64,000 nucleotides of DNA from an uncultured Rhizobium sp. (GTDB lineage: Bacteria > Bacteroidota > Bacteroidia > NS11-12g > UBA955). The stretch covers positions 222,922-286,921 of the forward strand of contig CAZGQS010000001.1 of the NCBI GenBank assembly GCA_964527775.1. Reading direction: 5' to 3'. Each line of letters opens with the position of its first letter. The stretch's first letter is position 1. Under the pieces are notes generated by a model that was given only the letters and a program-made list of their open reading frames with translations, ran no database searches and was not told the origin of the DNA. Both the position numbers and the translations under genes were made by a program. Below, one piece after another: positions 9,556-19,239 of this stretch.

Positions 9556-11148
9556 ATGAATTTAAATCTTTTAAAATCAGGACTTTTACTCGCAACTGTT
9601 TGCTTGAGCATGAGTGCAATGGCACAAAAAAGGTCTATTAACACTGCTGAATTTGCACTCGAAAGTGGAAATCCTGACGATCTAATCATCGCTCTTGAAG
9701 AAATCGAAAAAGCCCGTCAAAACGAAAAAACAAACAATGCAGCCAGAATGTGGCTCATCCGTTCAAAGGTTTACTCTACTGTTTTTGACAAAAAAGGCAA
9801 TGAAATGATCAAACCATTGAGCAAAATGTCAGGTATGAAGTCGGCTGAATCTATCTTGAAGTTTTACGGACAAACTTCCGACAAAAAAACTTCTGTTGAT
9901 TTAGAGGAAGCGCAATTTCAAGTGGGAGCGGCATTTGCTTCATCTTTCAATGAATCTATGACGTACTCTGAACAAATTGAAAAAGCCGGTTCAGATGAAA
10001 TCAAGGGCAAATTGAATGACACGATGGTCATCTATTATCAATATTTGCTTGATTTATATTCCAAGTTAGATACAGGAATGATCAATAATTTGAAAGGGCA
10101 GAAGGTAGAACGTGACTTTTTTGTAGAGAGAATTGCATTTTTTGCATTGAGTAATTCAAATCTTGAAAATAGAAAAAAAATCATGGAAGATTTGGTAGCT
10201 AAAGAGCGCCCAACACCTTTAATGATTGAGAGTTATTCAAAAGAATTAATGACCTCAGGTGATACAGTAGGTGCTTACAGAGTAATTAAAAATGCTTTGG
10301 TAAAAACCAACTACGACAACGACATATTTAACGTTTTAGTTAACTATTACCTGTCTATCAACAAAGAAGAAAAGTTGATGGAAGAAATCCAAGGTCAAAT
10401 CCAAGAGAATCCAAATTCTCGAATTTATTGGATTAGAGGATATTTAAATGAAAAAACGCAAAAATACGATGAAGCTACAGCAGATTACAAAAAATCACGC
10501 GAGTTAGACGAATTTAATTATGATGCCAACTGGAATTTGGGTGTTTGTTTGATGAAATATGAAACCCGTAAACTTCTTGAAGGAAAAACTCCAAGCGATC
10601 CAGCGGCAAAAGCAAAAATTGAACAACAGCGTATTAAATTGTTCCAGGAAGCTAAAGGTTACTTAGAATTTGCCTTGGAAAATCCAGATTATTCAAAAAC
10701 TGAATTAAAAGACATTTCTAAAGCTCTTAGAACTTGCTGCTTGGAATTAAACGACAACAAATGCGCGGGTGATTACAGAGATAAGATTCGTGAATTGGAA
10801 GGATTTTCATTAAGTGTTGGTGACAAGTTTATTTATCAAATTGATGGAAATTCCAACAGCATGGATATTAGTTACCAGAATAACAGAAATACCGTTTCAA
10901 CAATTTCTTTAAAAGCAGATCCAAAGAAAGGGATTTCTGTAGAAAAGGAATTTGCAGCTGCAGGTTGGGTAAAAAACGGATATGTATGGCAAAAGGAATT
11001 TGAATACACAGACAAATCAGATATGTTGAGTTTGAGCGTTCGTGTAAACGATGAAAGCACTGTAAAAGGATTGATCTTAGTAAACGGAGTAATTGTTGCT
11101 GAGAAAGAAGTAGATGGTCCTGAGACTAGATTCTATATTCAATTCTAA
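9556..11148 (+). CDS. Hypothetical secreted protein, helical-repeat (TPR-like) N-terminal part plus small beta-rich C-terminal domain
   Basis: Signal peptide MNLNLLKSGLLLATVCLSMSAMAQ. No catalytic motif recognised. Lies 28 nt downstream of gyrA. Confidence 0.6.
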   Translation: MNLNLLKSGLLLATVCLSMSAMAQKRSINTAEFALESGNPDDLIIALEEIEKARQNEKTNNAARMWLIRSKVYSTVFDKKGNEMIKPLSKMSGMKSAESILKFYGQTSDKKTSVDLEEAQFQVGAAFASSFNESMTYSEQIEKAGSDEIKGKLNDTMVIYYQYLLDLYSKLDTGMINNLKGQKVERDFFVERIAFFALSNSNLENRKKIMEDLVAKERPTPLMIESYSKELMTSGDTVGAYRVIKNALVKTNYDNDIFNVLVNYYLSINKEEKLMEEIQGQIQENPNSRIYWIRGYLNEKTQKYDEATADYKKSRELDEFNYDANWNLGVCLMKYETRKLLEGKTPSDPAAKAKIEQQRIKLFQEAKGYLEFALENPDYSKTELKDISKALRTCCLELNDNKCAGDYRDKIRELEGFSLSVGDKFIYQIDGNSNSMDISYQNNRNTVSTISLKADPKKGISVEKEFAAAGWVKNGYVWQKEFEYTDKSDMLSLSVRVNDESTVKGLILVNGVIVAEKEVDGPETRFYIQF

Positions 11149-11157
11149 TAAAAAGGC

Positions 11158-11188
11158 AAGCGGGGATTAACAGTTCCCGCTTTCTTTT
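11158..11188 (+). terminator. Rho-independent terminator after the 530-aa gene
   Basis: AAGCGGG (11158-11164) pairs with CCCGCTT (11076+100 region, 11176-11182), followed by a T-rich tract TCTTTT. Confidence 0.5.
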
Positions 11189-11234
11189 AACAATATAATT
11201 TAACATAATGTAAATTATCAAACTAATGTGTGAT

Positions 11235-11268
11235 TAAAAAAGGCCTGCTTGTGGCAGGCCCTTTTTCT
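11235..11268. terminator. Bidirectional hairpin terminator between convergent genes
   Basis: GGCCTGC (11242-11248) pairs with GCAGGCC (11254-11260). An A-run lies upstream and CTTTTTCT downstream. It sits 2 nt from the stop of the minus-strand 1145-aa gene. Confidence 0.65.
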
Positions 11269-11269
11269 G

Positions 11270-14200
11270 TTATTTACTTACTGATATAGATGTCGATTCA
11301 ATCAACATGCCGTTCTCGTTGAATACTTTGATGAAATAAATTCCCGATGATAAATTCAAATTGAAATCTGAAGATTCACCTGCAATCATCTTGTTGGAAA
11401 CCATTTGCTGTCCGCTAGCATTCCAGATTTCAACAGATCCATTAATGAATGATTTCACTGCGAAATTTCCATCGTTTGGATTTGGATAAATTGAAATGGC
11501 ATTTTTAAGGAAACTGTTCGAATTTACCGAGTTTAATATCAATGCATTAGAACTATCACTTAAACAACCTTGCCAACTTAAACATGCCACGTATCTACCC
11601 GTGTTTTTAGCATGGAAAAATTCGCCAGTTCCTACTTTTACTCCGTTTCTAAACCATTGAACTTGTCCGTAACCAGGATAATTTAATGGTCTCAAAGTAT
11701 CAAAATCAACACCAATAGCCAATGTAGGTACTGAAAGGTTCACAGTTATTACATTACTTTTCAAACTATTGGGATTAGTACATTGATAATTTGTTGATAC
11801 AACTACATGAAACTGATCCTTGTCTCTTAACGGAGGCATTACTTTGTAAGCATTTTGATTGGCTCCATTTATAGATGTATTGTTCTGATACCATTGGTAA
11901 TTCAAAGTGATGTTATTCATGTCCTGATTGGTGAAATCAGATAAAATCAATAAGCTATCTGATTTACAAGGCGAATTGTTGCTCGAAATGATTTTAACAT
12001 CTAAGGGAATCACTTTTCTGACGGTGATGTTCACTGATTCAGTATCACTGCCAATTTCGTTTTCGGAATATAAGATTAACTTGTAATTTCCCACACCTGA
12101 AAAATTGAATTTTGCCGTTGTGGATGTAGAATCCGTTGAATTAGTAAATGATGGTGCCCCACTTGAAAATCTCCAACGGGTCTTGGTTGGTGTAAATTCG
12201 GATTGGTCAATTACAGTTATGGTTTCATTTTGACAAACAACCTTATTAGAAATACTGAATTTCGCAATGGGTTTGTTGGTTTTTATCCATGCATCACTGG
12301 TGAAAACTCCTCTCCCATGTGTTGCAACCATCATCATTCCATCAGATTGTCTAAAATACAATCCGTCTACTCTTACAGCTCCCATTCCATCATTTTGAGC
12401 CACCCAATTGGGAGTTGTTGCTGAAATATCGCTGCATGCGTAAATTCCTAACTCTGTACCAATGATAACTTCACCGTCTTTGTATGGATTAGACAAAATA
12501 CAATGTACCGGCATATTTGGTAGGTTTCCATCTATGGCTTTCCAGGATGTACCTCCATTGTATGAAACGTAAACGTTATTTACTCCGTAATTACTTAGCG
12601 TAGTAAATAAAGTATCTACATTTTCATTGTGTCCATGCAACCATGAAATGTTTCCAGCGTTTATACCTGATGAAATAGAGGTGAAAGTGGGAGTTCCACT
12701 ATGTGCATTGTCTGCATACAATAATGCTCCAGATCCAGTTCCTACAAAAACTCTACACTTGCCATCACTTTTCTTCTGTATGGCTTGTAAAAAGCTGGCC
12801 TTTCCTAAAGATGAATTTCCAAATGAAATCGTGGAAGCACTGTTATAGTCATTGAAAATGCTGTTTCTGAAAAGAGATCCATCATTTTCAGCAGTAAACA
12901 AATAATCATTCACATAATCTAAGGTTGCCGCATTGATAAAGTTACCGGTGTTGTTGCTGTTTAGAATTTGTTCAAATGATTGCCATCCATCAGTGGTTCC
13001 ATAAAATTGGTTATACACATACGATACCACCATTTTTTGGTCTGATTTCTTGGAAATGAAATTTAAACCTCCATCACCACCCCAAAGATTTTTTTCATCG
13101 TTTAATCCCGATACATCAAAGTAAACAGTGCCATTGTCTTGTGCTCCAGCTAACATAAGATGTGAGCCTTTTGTGTTTGACATTGATCCACCATAAAATT
13201 GAGTGACCAAATAACCATTATTGCGTTCTGCAAATGCGGTGCTGCTGTTTTGAGGATTGTTTTGAATGTTTGCGGCGTAAAATACACCACCATCTCCACC
13301 AATCAGAACTCTCTTTCCATCTGAATTATAAACAATTTGATGCTGATCAGCATGTACATAAGAACAATTCAATGTATTTTGATTGGCATTGTTGCTCCAT
13401 TTCGATATTTGCGTCCAATTGCTTCCAGAGTTGGTAGATCTGAATAAATTTATTCCACCAATGATTACTTCCGATGCTTTTTGGGGATTAACAGCCATAA
13501 TCAAGTCATACCATGCCTGTCCGCGAGTGAAATCTGTCGAAGGAATCCCTTGGTCAGCATCTGCAGGTTCAGTGACGGTGCTCCAATTAGAGCCTTGATT
13601 GAACGTGCGTGCAATAGATTCTACCTTTCCACCCGATTCAAAGACGGCGTAAATGGTATCTTTAGAACTGGGTGCACATGCAACCTCTACCCTTCCAGAA
13701 AGTGAATTATTATCGGTGTAGGCCACTGTAAACGAAGTTCCATTGTCGCTATACAGAACGCGTCCACCGCCTTTGTCGGAAGCTGTAGATCCTGAATTTC
13801 GGCGTGTACCTAACCAAATTCTGTTGTCGGCTCCAATCTCTAAGTCTGCAATGCAATACTTCAACGATGTACTAGGAATATTAGACATAACGTTAGTAAA
13901 AGAGCTTCCGCCGTTGGTGCTTCGCATTAAGCCTATGTTACTAACACTTCCGTTCCATTGTCCACCATAAAAATTGATGTCTGTCGCTACGTACAAGACA
14001 CTGTTGCCATTTTCATTTCTTACAATTATGTCATTGATATAGAAATAATTGGCTGAATTACTCAAATGATTCCAAGTTGCACCGCCATCAGTAGATTTAA
14101 AAATCCCATAACCTCTAGAAGTGGTAGTAGTACTTCCGAAGCCTTCACCTGTACCCACGTATATGATTTTTGAATCATTAGGGTCAAAAGCCATGCAAGA

Positions 14201-14707
14201 AACTGTGATGTTCGCCCATATTCCGGAGACGTTTTTCCATTCACTAGTAGTACTTGTTATATCATTGTTATACCATAGTCCACCAGTGACACCGCCAGCC
14301 CATACTTTTTTCCCCGTATTATCATTCGGATCAAATGTAAGTGCTCTGGTTCTTCCCCCAACGTTATTTGGGCCGCGTGAAACCCAAGGTGAGGCTGAAC
14401 TTCCTGGATTGGCTCGAAGTCCTATGTTTTTTTGATTTAACTTTTGAAGAGTCTCAAAAAGAACTTCAGGTGTGGGTCTTCCTAATGCAGGATCCATGGT
14501 CTCAATGTAATCTTGCTTCCAAAACTCTAATGGAGTTTCAGGGGTGATGTTTTGAGACTTTGAAATTGACTTATTCAGAGACTTTTTTGTCTTTTTTACA
14601 ACTTTATTGTATTTTTTAATTTGTTTTAATTCAATTGATTGAGTTTGGCTAATTAAAGAACTAGTTGATGCAATTGAGAGAATAGAAAGTAAGAGTTTTA
14701 TATTCAT
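11270..14707 (-). CDS. BNR/sortilin (VPS10)-repeat beta-propeller protein with Ig/PKD-like domains and T9SS C-terminal sorting domain
   Basis: Signal peptide. Repeated SxDxGxTW-type motifs (STDGGATWNHL, STNGGSSFTNV, STNSGSNWTQI, SYNGGTSWKAI). C-terminus ISIYPNPNDGNFAVKS...GIYFIKVFNENG. Confidence 0.8.
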   Translation of the reverse strand: MNIKLLLSILSIASTSSLISQTQSIELKQIKKYNKVVKKTKKSLNKSISKSQNITPETPLEFWKQDYIETMDPALGRPTPEVLFETLQKLNQKNIGLRANPGSSASPWVSRGPNNVGGRTRALTFDPNDNTGKKVWAGGVTGGLWYNNDITSTTSEWKNVSGIWANITVSCMAFDPNDSKIIYVGTGEGFGSTTTTSRGYGIFKSTDGGATWNHLSNSANYFYINDIIVRNENGNSVLYVATDINFYGGQWNGSVSNIGLMRSTNGGSSFTNVMSNIPSTSLKYCIADLEIGADNRIWLGTRRNSGSTASDKGGGRVLYSDNGTSFTVAYTDNNSLSGRVEVACAPSSKDTIYAVFESGGKVESIARTFNQGSNWSTVTEPADADQGIPSTDFTRGQAWYDLIMAVNPQKASEVIIGGINLFRSTNSGSNWTQISKWSNNANQNTLNCSYVHADQHQIVYNSDGKRVLIGGDGGVFYAANIQNNPQNSSTAFAERNNGYLVTQFYGGSMSNTKGSHLMLAGAQDNGTVYFDVSGLNDEKNLWGGDGGLNFISKKSDQKMVVSYVYNQFYGTTDGWQSFEQILNSNNTGNFINAATLDYVNDYLFTAENDGSLFRNSIFNDYNSASTISFGNSSLGKASFLQAIQKKSDGKCRVFVGTGSGALLYADNAHSGTPTFTSISSGINAGNISWLHGHNENVDTLFTTLSNYGVNNVYVSYNGGTSWKAIDGNLPNMPVHCILSNPYKDGEVIIGTELGIYACSDISATTPNWVAQNDGMGAVRVDGLYFRQSDGMMMVATHGRGVFTSDAWIKTNKPIAKFSISNKVVCQNETITVIDQSEFTPTKTRWRFSSGAPSFTNSTDSTSTTAKFNFSGVGNYKLILYSENEIGSDTESVNITVRKVIPLDVKIISSNNSPCKSDSLLILSDFTNQDMNNITLNYQWYQNNTSINGANQNAYKVMPPLRDKDQFHVVVSTNYQCTNPNSLKSNVITVNLSVPTLAIGVDFDTLRPLNYPGYGQVQWFRNGVKVGTGEFFHAKNTGRYVACLSWQGCLSDSSNALILNSVNSNSFLKNAISIYPNPNDGNFAVKSFINGSVEIWNASGQQMVSNKMIAGESSDFNLNLSSGIYFIKVFNENGMLIESTSISVSK

Positions 14708-14725
14708 AAGATGTAAAATTTAATG

Positions 14726-15883
14726 TTATTCAACCCAACTTTTCCAGTAGTTTGGATCTTCTAAATTCAATGCTTCTTCGGTAATTTGAAGCGGATAAAA
14801 AGGATCTATCATTACAGCGAGTTCTTTGGTTTCTGTTTTACCAATACTCTTTTCAACGGTTCCAGGGTGTGGTCCGTGAGGAATTCCTTTTGGGTGTAAA
14901 GTAATCATTCCTCTTTCAACATGCTTTCTACTCATGAAATCACCATCAACATAATAAAGGATTTCATCGCTATCTACATTTGAATGGTTGTAAGGAGCAG
15001 GGATGGATTGAGGATGATAGTCATACATTCGAGGAACAAAGCTGCATATCACGAAATTTCGTCCTTCGAAAGTCTGATGTATTGGTGGTGGCATATGCAG
15101 TCTGCCGGTTATGGGTTCGAAATCATGGATGCTGAATCCATAGGGATAGCAGTATCCATCCCATCCAACGGCATCAAAAGGATGGGTAGCATATGTGTAA
15201 GGATACAAGAGGTTTTGTTTTTTAATAAATACCTTGAAATCACCCTTTTCATCATGGGTAATTAAGTTCTCTGGAAGTTTTATGTCTCGTTCACAATAGG
15301 GAGAGTGTTCTAAAAGTTGACCAAACGAATTTTGATATCTTTTGGGCGGATAAATTGGCGTAGGAGACTCAATGACCAACAAACGATTATTTTCATCGTT
15401 GAATTCCAATTGATAAATGGTACCTCTTGGAATCACCAAATAATCTCCATATTCAAATCTAATTTGACCGTAAATGGTTTTTAGGGTTCCGCTTCCTTCG
15501 TGAACAAATAAAACTTCATCTGAATCGGCATTTTTGAAGAAATAATCGGTCATGCTTTGCTTAGGAGCTGCAACGGATATGGTAATATCGGTATTCAACA
15601 ATAAAGCTACTCTGCTTTTCAAATAATCATTGGTTGGCGGAGTTTTGAATGTAATAAAACTGCGGTTACGCATGTTTTTACTTTGGGCAACTTTTGGTTC
15701 CACATTGATGGGTTCACCAATATCTTTGACCAAAGTAGGAGGATGTGAATGGTATACCAATGAGTACATGGAATTAAATCCTTCAGTACTAATAAGTTCT
15801 TCAGCGTAAAGAGTTCCGTCAGGTTTGCGGAATTGTGTGTGTCTTTTACGCGGTACTTGACCAAGCTTGTAATAAAACGCCAT
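14726..15883 (-). CDS. hmgA: Homogentisate 1,2-dioxygenase (short bacterial type, cupin fold)
   Basis: N-terminus MAFYYKLGQVPRKRHTQFRKPDGTLYAEEL and C-terminal HPKGIPHGPHPG are typical of the roughly 385-aa Bacteroidota HmgA family. Confidence 0.85.
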   Translation of the reverse strand: MAFYYKLGQVPRKRHTQFRKPDGTLYAEELISTEGFNSMYSLVYHSHPPTLVKDIGEPINVEPKVAQSKNMRNRSFITFKTPPTNDYLKSRVALLLNTDITISVAAPKQSMTDYFFKNADSDEVLFVHEGSGTLKTIYGQIRFEYGDYLVIPRGTIYQLEFNDENNRLLVIESPTPIYPPKRYQNSFGQLLEHSPYCERDIKLPENLITHDEKGDFKVFIKKQNLLYPYTYATHPFDAVGWDGYCYPYGFSIHDFEPITGRLHMPPPIHQTFEGRNFVICSFVPRMYDYHPQSIPAPYNHSNVDSDEILYYVDGDFMSRKHVERGMITLHPKGIPHGPHPGTVEKSIGKTETKELAVMIDPFYPLQITEEALNLEDPNYWKSWVE

Positions 15884-16017
15884 AATTATAAAATTCCAAC
15901 GAATATAATGAAGAATTCATGGAGGTTTATCCACGGATTGTCATCAAATTTCCCTAATTTCGGTAGGTTGATTGTTTTCTAAAGATACATCAACGTCATT
16001 ATTTGAATTGGAATCTT

Positions 16018-17019
16018 ATGAAAAGAAAGGAATTTATAAAAAATACAGGAATTTTTATCGGTGGTAGCCTTGCAATCCCATCTTTATTTGCTTCAAATAA
16101 AATTGATTATAGTATTTCTGAATATGTAGTTCTTATAAATCTGGGTGGTGGAGTTAGAAAACAAGATGTTTTTGGGTACGAAAATCCCAAGAATACTCAT
16201 GCTTTATCTAAAATTGATACTATTATTCCCACTTTTTTTGGAGGTAAATTTCCGAAAAAATACCAGGACAGTATATCTCAAAACAACAACTATGTATCAA
16301 ATCAGCCTTTAATCAATCAGGGTATTTTATTTTCAGAAGTTGAGGCCATTAGTAACGAGCACGAACCAAATTTTAGATCATTAGTTTCTGTAAAAGAATC
16401 TATGTCCCAAAATGAAGTTCATCACTCAATTTTTTCATTGTTGTCAAAATATAAGAAATTCAAAAGAAATCAGATGTGGCAAATTGGTGGAATTCAAATA
16501 GAAAAGAATTCTAATTTCAACTATATACCTTCAGGGGTAACTGATGATGAGACTTTACAAAATGCTGCAAATGTTATATACCAGTACAAACCTAAATTCA
16601 TCAATATCAATTTAAATGATGCCGATGCTTGCCACTCAAGTTACAGCAGTTATTTGAATTCTATTGTAAGATCCACGGAATCTATTCATCAACTTTGGAA
16701 CAACATTCAGAAAAGTGATTCCGATATGTCTGGTAAAACAACTTTGATTGTTATTCCTGAGATTGGACGAAATTTAAACGCAAATTCTATTATCGATCAA
16801 CATGGATTTTATTCATTCGATCACAACGACGATAATAGCCGTAAAACATGGAGTTTGATTGTTGGTGCTGGTATTTCAGAGTCAAACAAAAATCGAATAG
16901 TCACAGATCCTAGAAAAGCACATCAAATTTTGCCTACAATAACCCAGTTGTTAGGTGTACATCATAAAATTAAGCGTCAACACATGTTGATCAACGATTT
17001 CAATAGTTTATTGGTATAA
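16018..17019 (+). CDS. Short DUF1501-like / alkaline-phosphatase-superfamily protein with Tat-type signal
   Basis: N-terminus MKRKEFIKNTGIFIGGSLAIPSLFA resembles a Tat signal. Sulfatase/DUF1501-like blocks: VVLINLGGGVR, NLNDADACHSS, IVIPEIGRN, FDHNDDN, ILPTITQLLGV. The assignment is tentative. Confidence 0.5.
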   Translation: MKRKEFIKNTGIFIGGSLAIPSLFASNKIDYSISEYVVLINLGGGVRKQDVFGYENPKNTHALSKIDTIIPTFFGGKFPKKYQDSISQNNNYVSNQPLINQGILFSEVEAISNEHEPNFRSLVSVKESMSQNEVHHSIFSLLSKYKKFKRNQMWQIGGIQIEKNSNFNYIPSGVTDDETLQNAANVIYQYKPKFININLNDADACHSSYSSYLNSIVRSTESIHQLWNNIQKSDSDMSGKTTLIVIPEIGRNLNANSIIDQHGFYSFDHNDDNSRKTWSLIVGAGISESNKNRIVTDPRKAHQILPTITQLLGVHHKIKRQHMLINDFNSLLV

Positions 17020-17048
17020 ATTGACCGTTTGCAACGAAATTTGTCACT

Positions 17049-18605
17049 GTGATTTCAAGCCATTGGACCTATTATTATTGGTCAGAGAGATTCGCATCTG
17101 AGATATTGGGTACTTATTGGCAAAATGCCATTAGCTTCAGTAAAGACTCATTATTGGTTCAGTTTGCAGGTAAGAATACCCAAAAAGTATATGAATTTAA
17201 GTTTATAGACGGGGAACTTGTCATATCTGAAGGTAACGAAATTAAGAATACTTCCAAAACAAAGCAAAATGCAGTGGTCCAATTCAAGGAATTGGTCAAT
17301 CATAGTGTTTTAAGTATTGAATGGTCATTGTTTGATAGGCAAATAACGATTGAGTTTTCTAATCAGTATAAGTTGCTCATTAAAGGATTTGGACGTTATT
17401 CTAATTTGTTGCTTTACGCTCCAGATCAAGTCCTGCCCGATTCAATCTTTCGGTTGAATTTGAAAAATGATTGGGAATTTAAACTTCAAAAGTCAACTGC
17501 TTTTGTTTTTGTGAATTCTAGCCGTGTATTGATGGATTATAACGTTTGTTACACGAAAATCGACTTCGAAAATAGATTTAAATCATTAAATAACAATGAA
17601 ATAGAATTATTGTTTGATGACGGATTTTTTAAAGGTGATTTAGGGGGACAAATAACCTTTTTAAACAATATAGATTTTTACAAACTCGGAGAATTGACTT
17701 CAAGGAATGATAATTTTCTACTTTCAAAGGGAGTTTCCAGTTTTCAAGAATGGGGAAGTTTATTAGATGATTTTTTCAGATCATACAGTAAGAAGTACTT
17801 TTTCAATAAAAAGAAATTGGATGTTACAGGAAGACTTGAAAAAGAAATTAAAGTCCACAGAGCTCAAATTAAGAATTTAGAAGCACGCATTAATGAAATC
17901 TCCACCCGAAGAAGTTTTCGGGAATTGGGCGATTTATTACTGACAAACGCACACAGCATAAAAAGAGGAACCAGTGAGGCTTTGGTTTCTGATTATTACA
18001 CGGGACATCGAATTAGGGTGAAATTGAATCCGGATTTAACAGCGGCCGAAAACGCTGAAAAGTATTATAGAAAAGCCAAGAATGAATCGTTAGAACTAGC
18101 TAAGTTTACTGAAAATCTAGAATTCAACCAGCAAGCGATGAACAGCAAAGAGGTGGCATTATGTCAAGTCTTGACTGCAGAAAATTCAAAAGATCTGAGT
18201 TTAATTGAAGCAAGTCTGAAAAATCGTCCCCAGAAAGAAAGCAAAACCAAAGTCTTTCCTTATAAATTGTATGAATTCCAGGGGTTTGAAGTGTGGGTTG
18301 GTAAAAATGCAAAAAGCAACGATGAATTATTGAGGTTGAGTAAGAAAAACGATTTGTGGTTGCATGCTTTGGGAGTCTTTGGTTCACACGTCATTATAAG
18401 GAAAAAGTTAAGAGAATATCCTAAAGACGTTATTCGATTCGCAGCGGAACTAGCGGCATTTCATTCAAAAGGCAAGCATCAGGGCCTACAAACGGTAATG
18501 GTAGCGGAAAGAAAGTTTGTAAGTAAACAAAAAGGAGCATCTGCAGGAATGGTAAATGTGTTGCAATTTCAAAGTATGGATGTAGAGCCTAGAAATCACG
18601 GATAA
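17049..18605 (+). CDS. NFACT family protein (RqcH / FbpA-like ribosome quality-control factor)
   Basis: N-terminal NFACT-N-like region with an Asp-Arg pair (LFDRQITIEF). Central coiled coil (KEIKVHRAQIKNLEARINE). C-terminal NFACT-R/DUF814 block DLWLHALGVFGSHVIIRKK. GTG start; no upstream in-frame ATG. Confidence 0.75.
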   Translation: MISSHWTYYYWSERFASEILGTYWQNAISFSKDSLLVQFAGKNTQKVYEFKFIDGELVISEGNEIKNTSKTKQNAVVQFKELVNHSVLSIEWSLFDRQITIEFSNQYKLLIKGFGRYSNLLLYAPDQVLPDSIFRLNLKNDWEFKLQKSTAFVFVNSSRVLMDYNVCYTKIDFENRFKSLNNNEIELLFDDGFFKGDLGGQITFLNNIDFYKLGELTSRNDNFLLSKGVSSFQEWGSLLDDFFRSYSKKYFFNKKKLDVTGRLEKEIKVHRAQIKNLEARINEISTRRSFRELGDLLLTNAHSIKRGTSEALVSDYYTGHRIRVKLNPDLTAAENAEKYYRKAKNESLELAKFTENLEFNQQAMNSKEVALCQVLTAENSKDLSLIEASLKNRPQKESKTKVFPYKLYEFQGFEVWVGKNAKSNDELLRLSKKNDLWLHALGVFGSHVIIRKKLREYPKDVIRFAAELAAFHSKGKHQGLQTVMVAERKFVSKQKGASAGMVNVLQFQSMDVEPRNHG

Positions 18606-18685
18606 TTTTTTTTAAATACAATGATTTGATAATGAACAATTAAGATGATTTGCTTCGAAAAAACACCGATTTTTTTCAAATAAGG

Positions 18686-18716
18686 TTTGTGTTTTAGGAA
18701 AACGTCTCTATATTTG
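18686..18716 (+). promoter_or_regulatory. Candidate promoter of tRNA-Val (-33 TTTG 18686-18689, -7 TATATTTG 18709-18716)
   Basis: Perfect TAnnTTTG with a TTTG exactly 19 nt upstream. The predicted TSS is about 20 nt before the tRNA 5' end. Confidence 0.55.
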
Positions 18717-18741
18717 CACTCGAATCAAGAACGAATCACAA

Positions 18742-18816
18742 GGGGGCTTAGCTCAGCTGGTTCAGAGCATCTGCCTTACAAGCAGAGGGTCACTGGTTCG
18801 AATCCAGTAGCCCCCA
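18742..18816 (+). tRNA. tRNA-Val (anticodon UAC); a genomically encoded CCA follows at 18817-18819
   Basis: Cloverleaf read by hand. Acceptor GGGGGCT pairs with AGCCCCC, D-arm GCTC with GAGC, anticodon stem TCTGC with GCAGA (loop CTTACAA), T-arm ACTGG-TTCGAAT-CCAGT, discriminator A. Confidence 0.95.
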
Positions 18817-18825
18817 CCAAAAAAG

Positions 18826-18854
18826 AGCCTCGCGAAAGCGGGGCTTTTCTTTTT
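18826..18854. terminator. Hairpin terminator after tRNA-Val, usable from both directions
   Basis: AGCCTCGC-GAAA-GCGGGGCT forms 8 bp (one G-U) with a GAAA tetraloop. TTTTCTTTTT follows and an A-run precedes. The convergent DUF779 gene stops at 18867. Confidence 0.7.
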
Positions 18855-18866
18855 AAATCTCATGGG

Positions 18867-19226
18867 TTAAGTAATTCCCAGTTTTTTTAATTCATCATCT
18901 TCAAAGAGTCTAGATTTTATCACAAATCTTACTCCCATGGGAATTTCCAAAGAAAAACTGGATCCACGTCCTTTAACAACATCCAAGGTGAGCTCTGTAT
19001 GTTTCCAGTATTCATATTGATCTTTAGACATATAAAAAGGTTGGTTGTGCACATGACCCAACAGGATATCGCTATCTCCTATCTTGAATTCGCCCCTTGG
19101 GAAACACATAGGCTGCGAGCCATCACAACAACCACCGCTTTGATGAAACATCAATTCACCATGTTGAATGAATAATTCGTCAATCAAATTTTTGGCGGCT
19201 TCGGTGTATTTTACTTTATCAATCAT
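18867..19226 (-). CDS. DUF779 family protein (partner of acetaldehyde-type aldehyde dehydrogenases)
   Basis: About 119 aa with the SGGCCDGS motif, located immediately downstream of an ALDH gene, as is usual for this family. Confidence 0.8.
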   Translation of the reverse strand: MIDKVKYTEAAKNLIDELFIQHGELMFHQSGGCCDGSQPMCFPRGEFKIGDSDILLGHVHNQPFYMSKDQYEYWKHTELTLDVVKGRGSSFSLEIPMGVRFVIKSRLFEDDELKKLGIT

Positions 19227-19239
19227 AGTTAAAAGAAAA

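Noticed and set aside
18742-18866. tRNA-Val as an integration hotspot with an island downstream
   Set aside because: The tRNA is followed immediately by a terminator and a convergent metabolic operon (DUF779/ALDH). There is no integrase and no repeat of the tRNA 3' end nearby.
18687-18890. 67-aa ORF on the plus strand
   Set aside because: It runs straight through tRNA-Val (18742-18816) and its terminator hairpin, so it is an artefact of six-frame translation.
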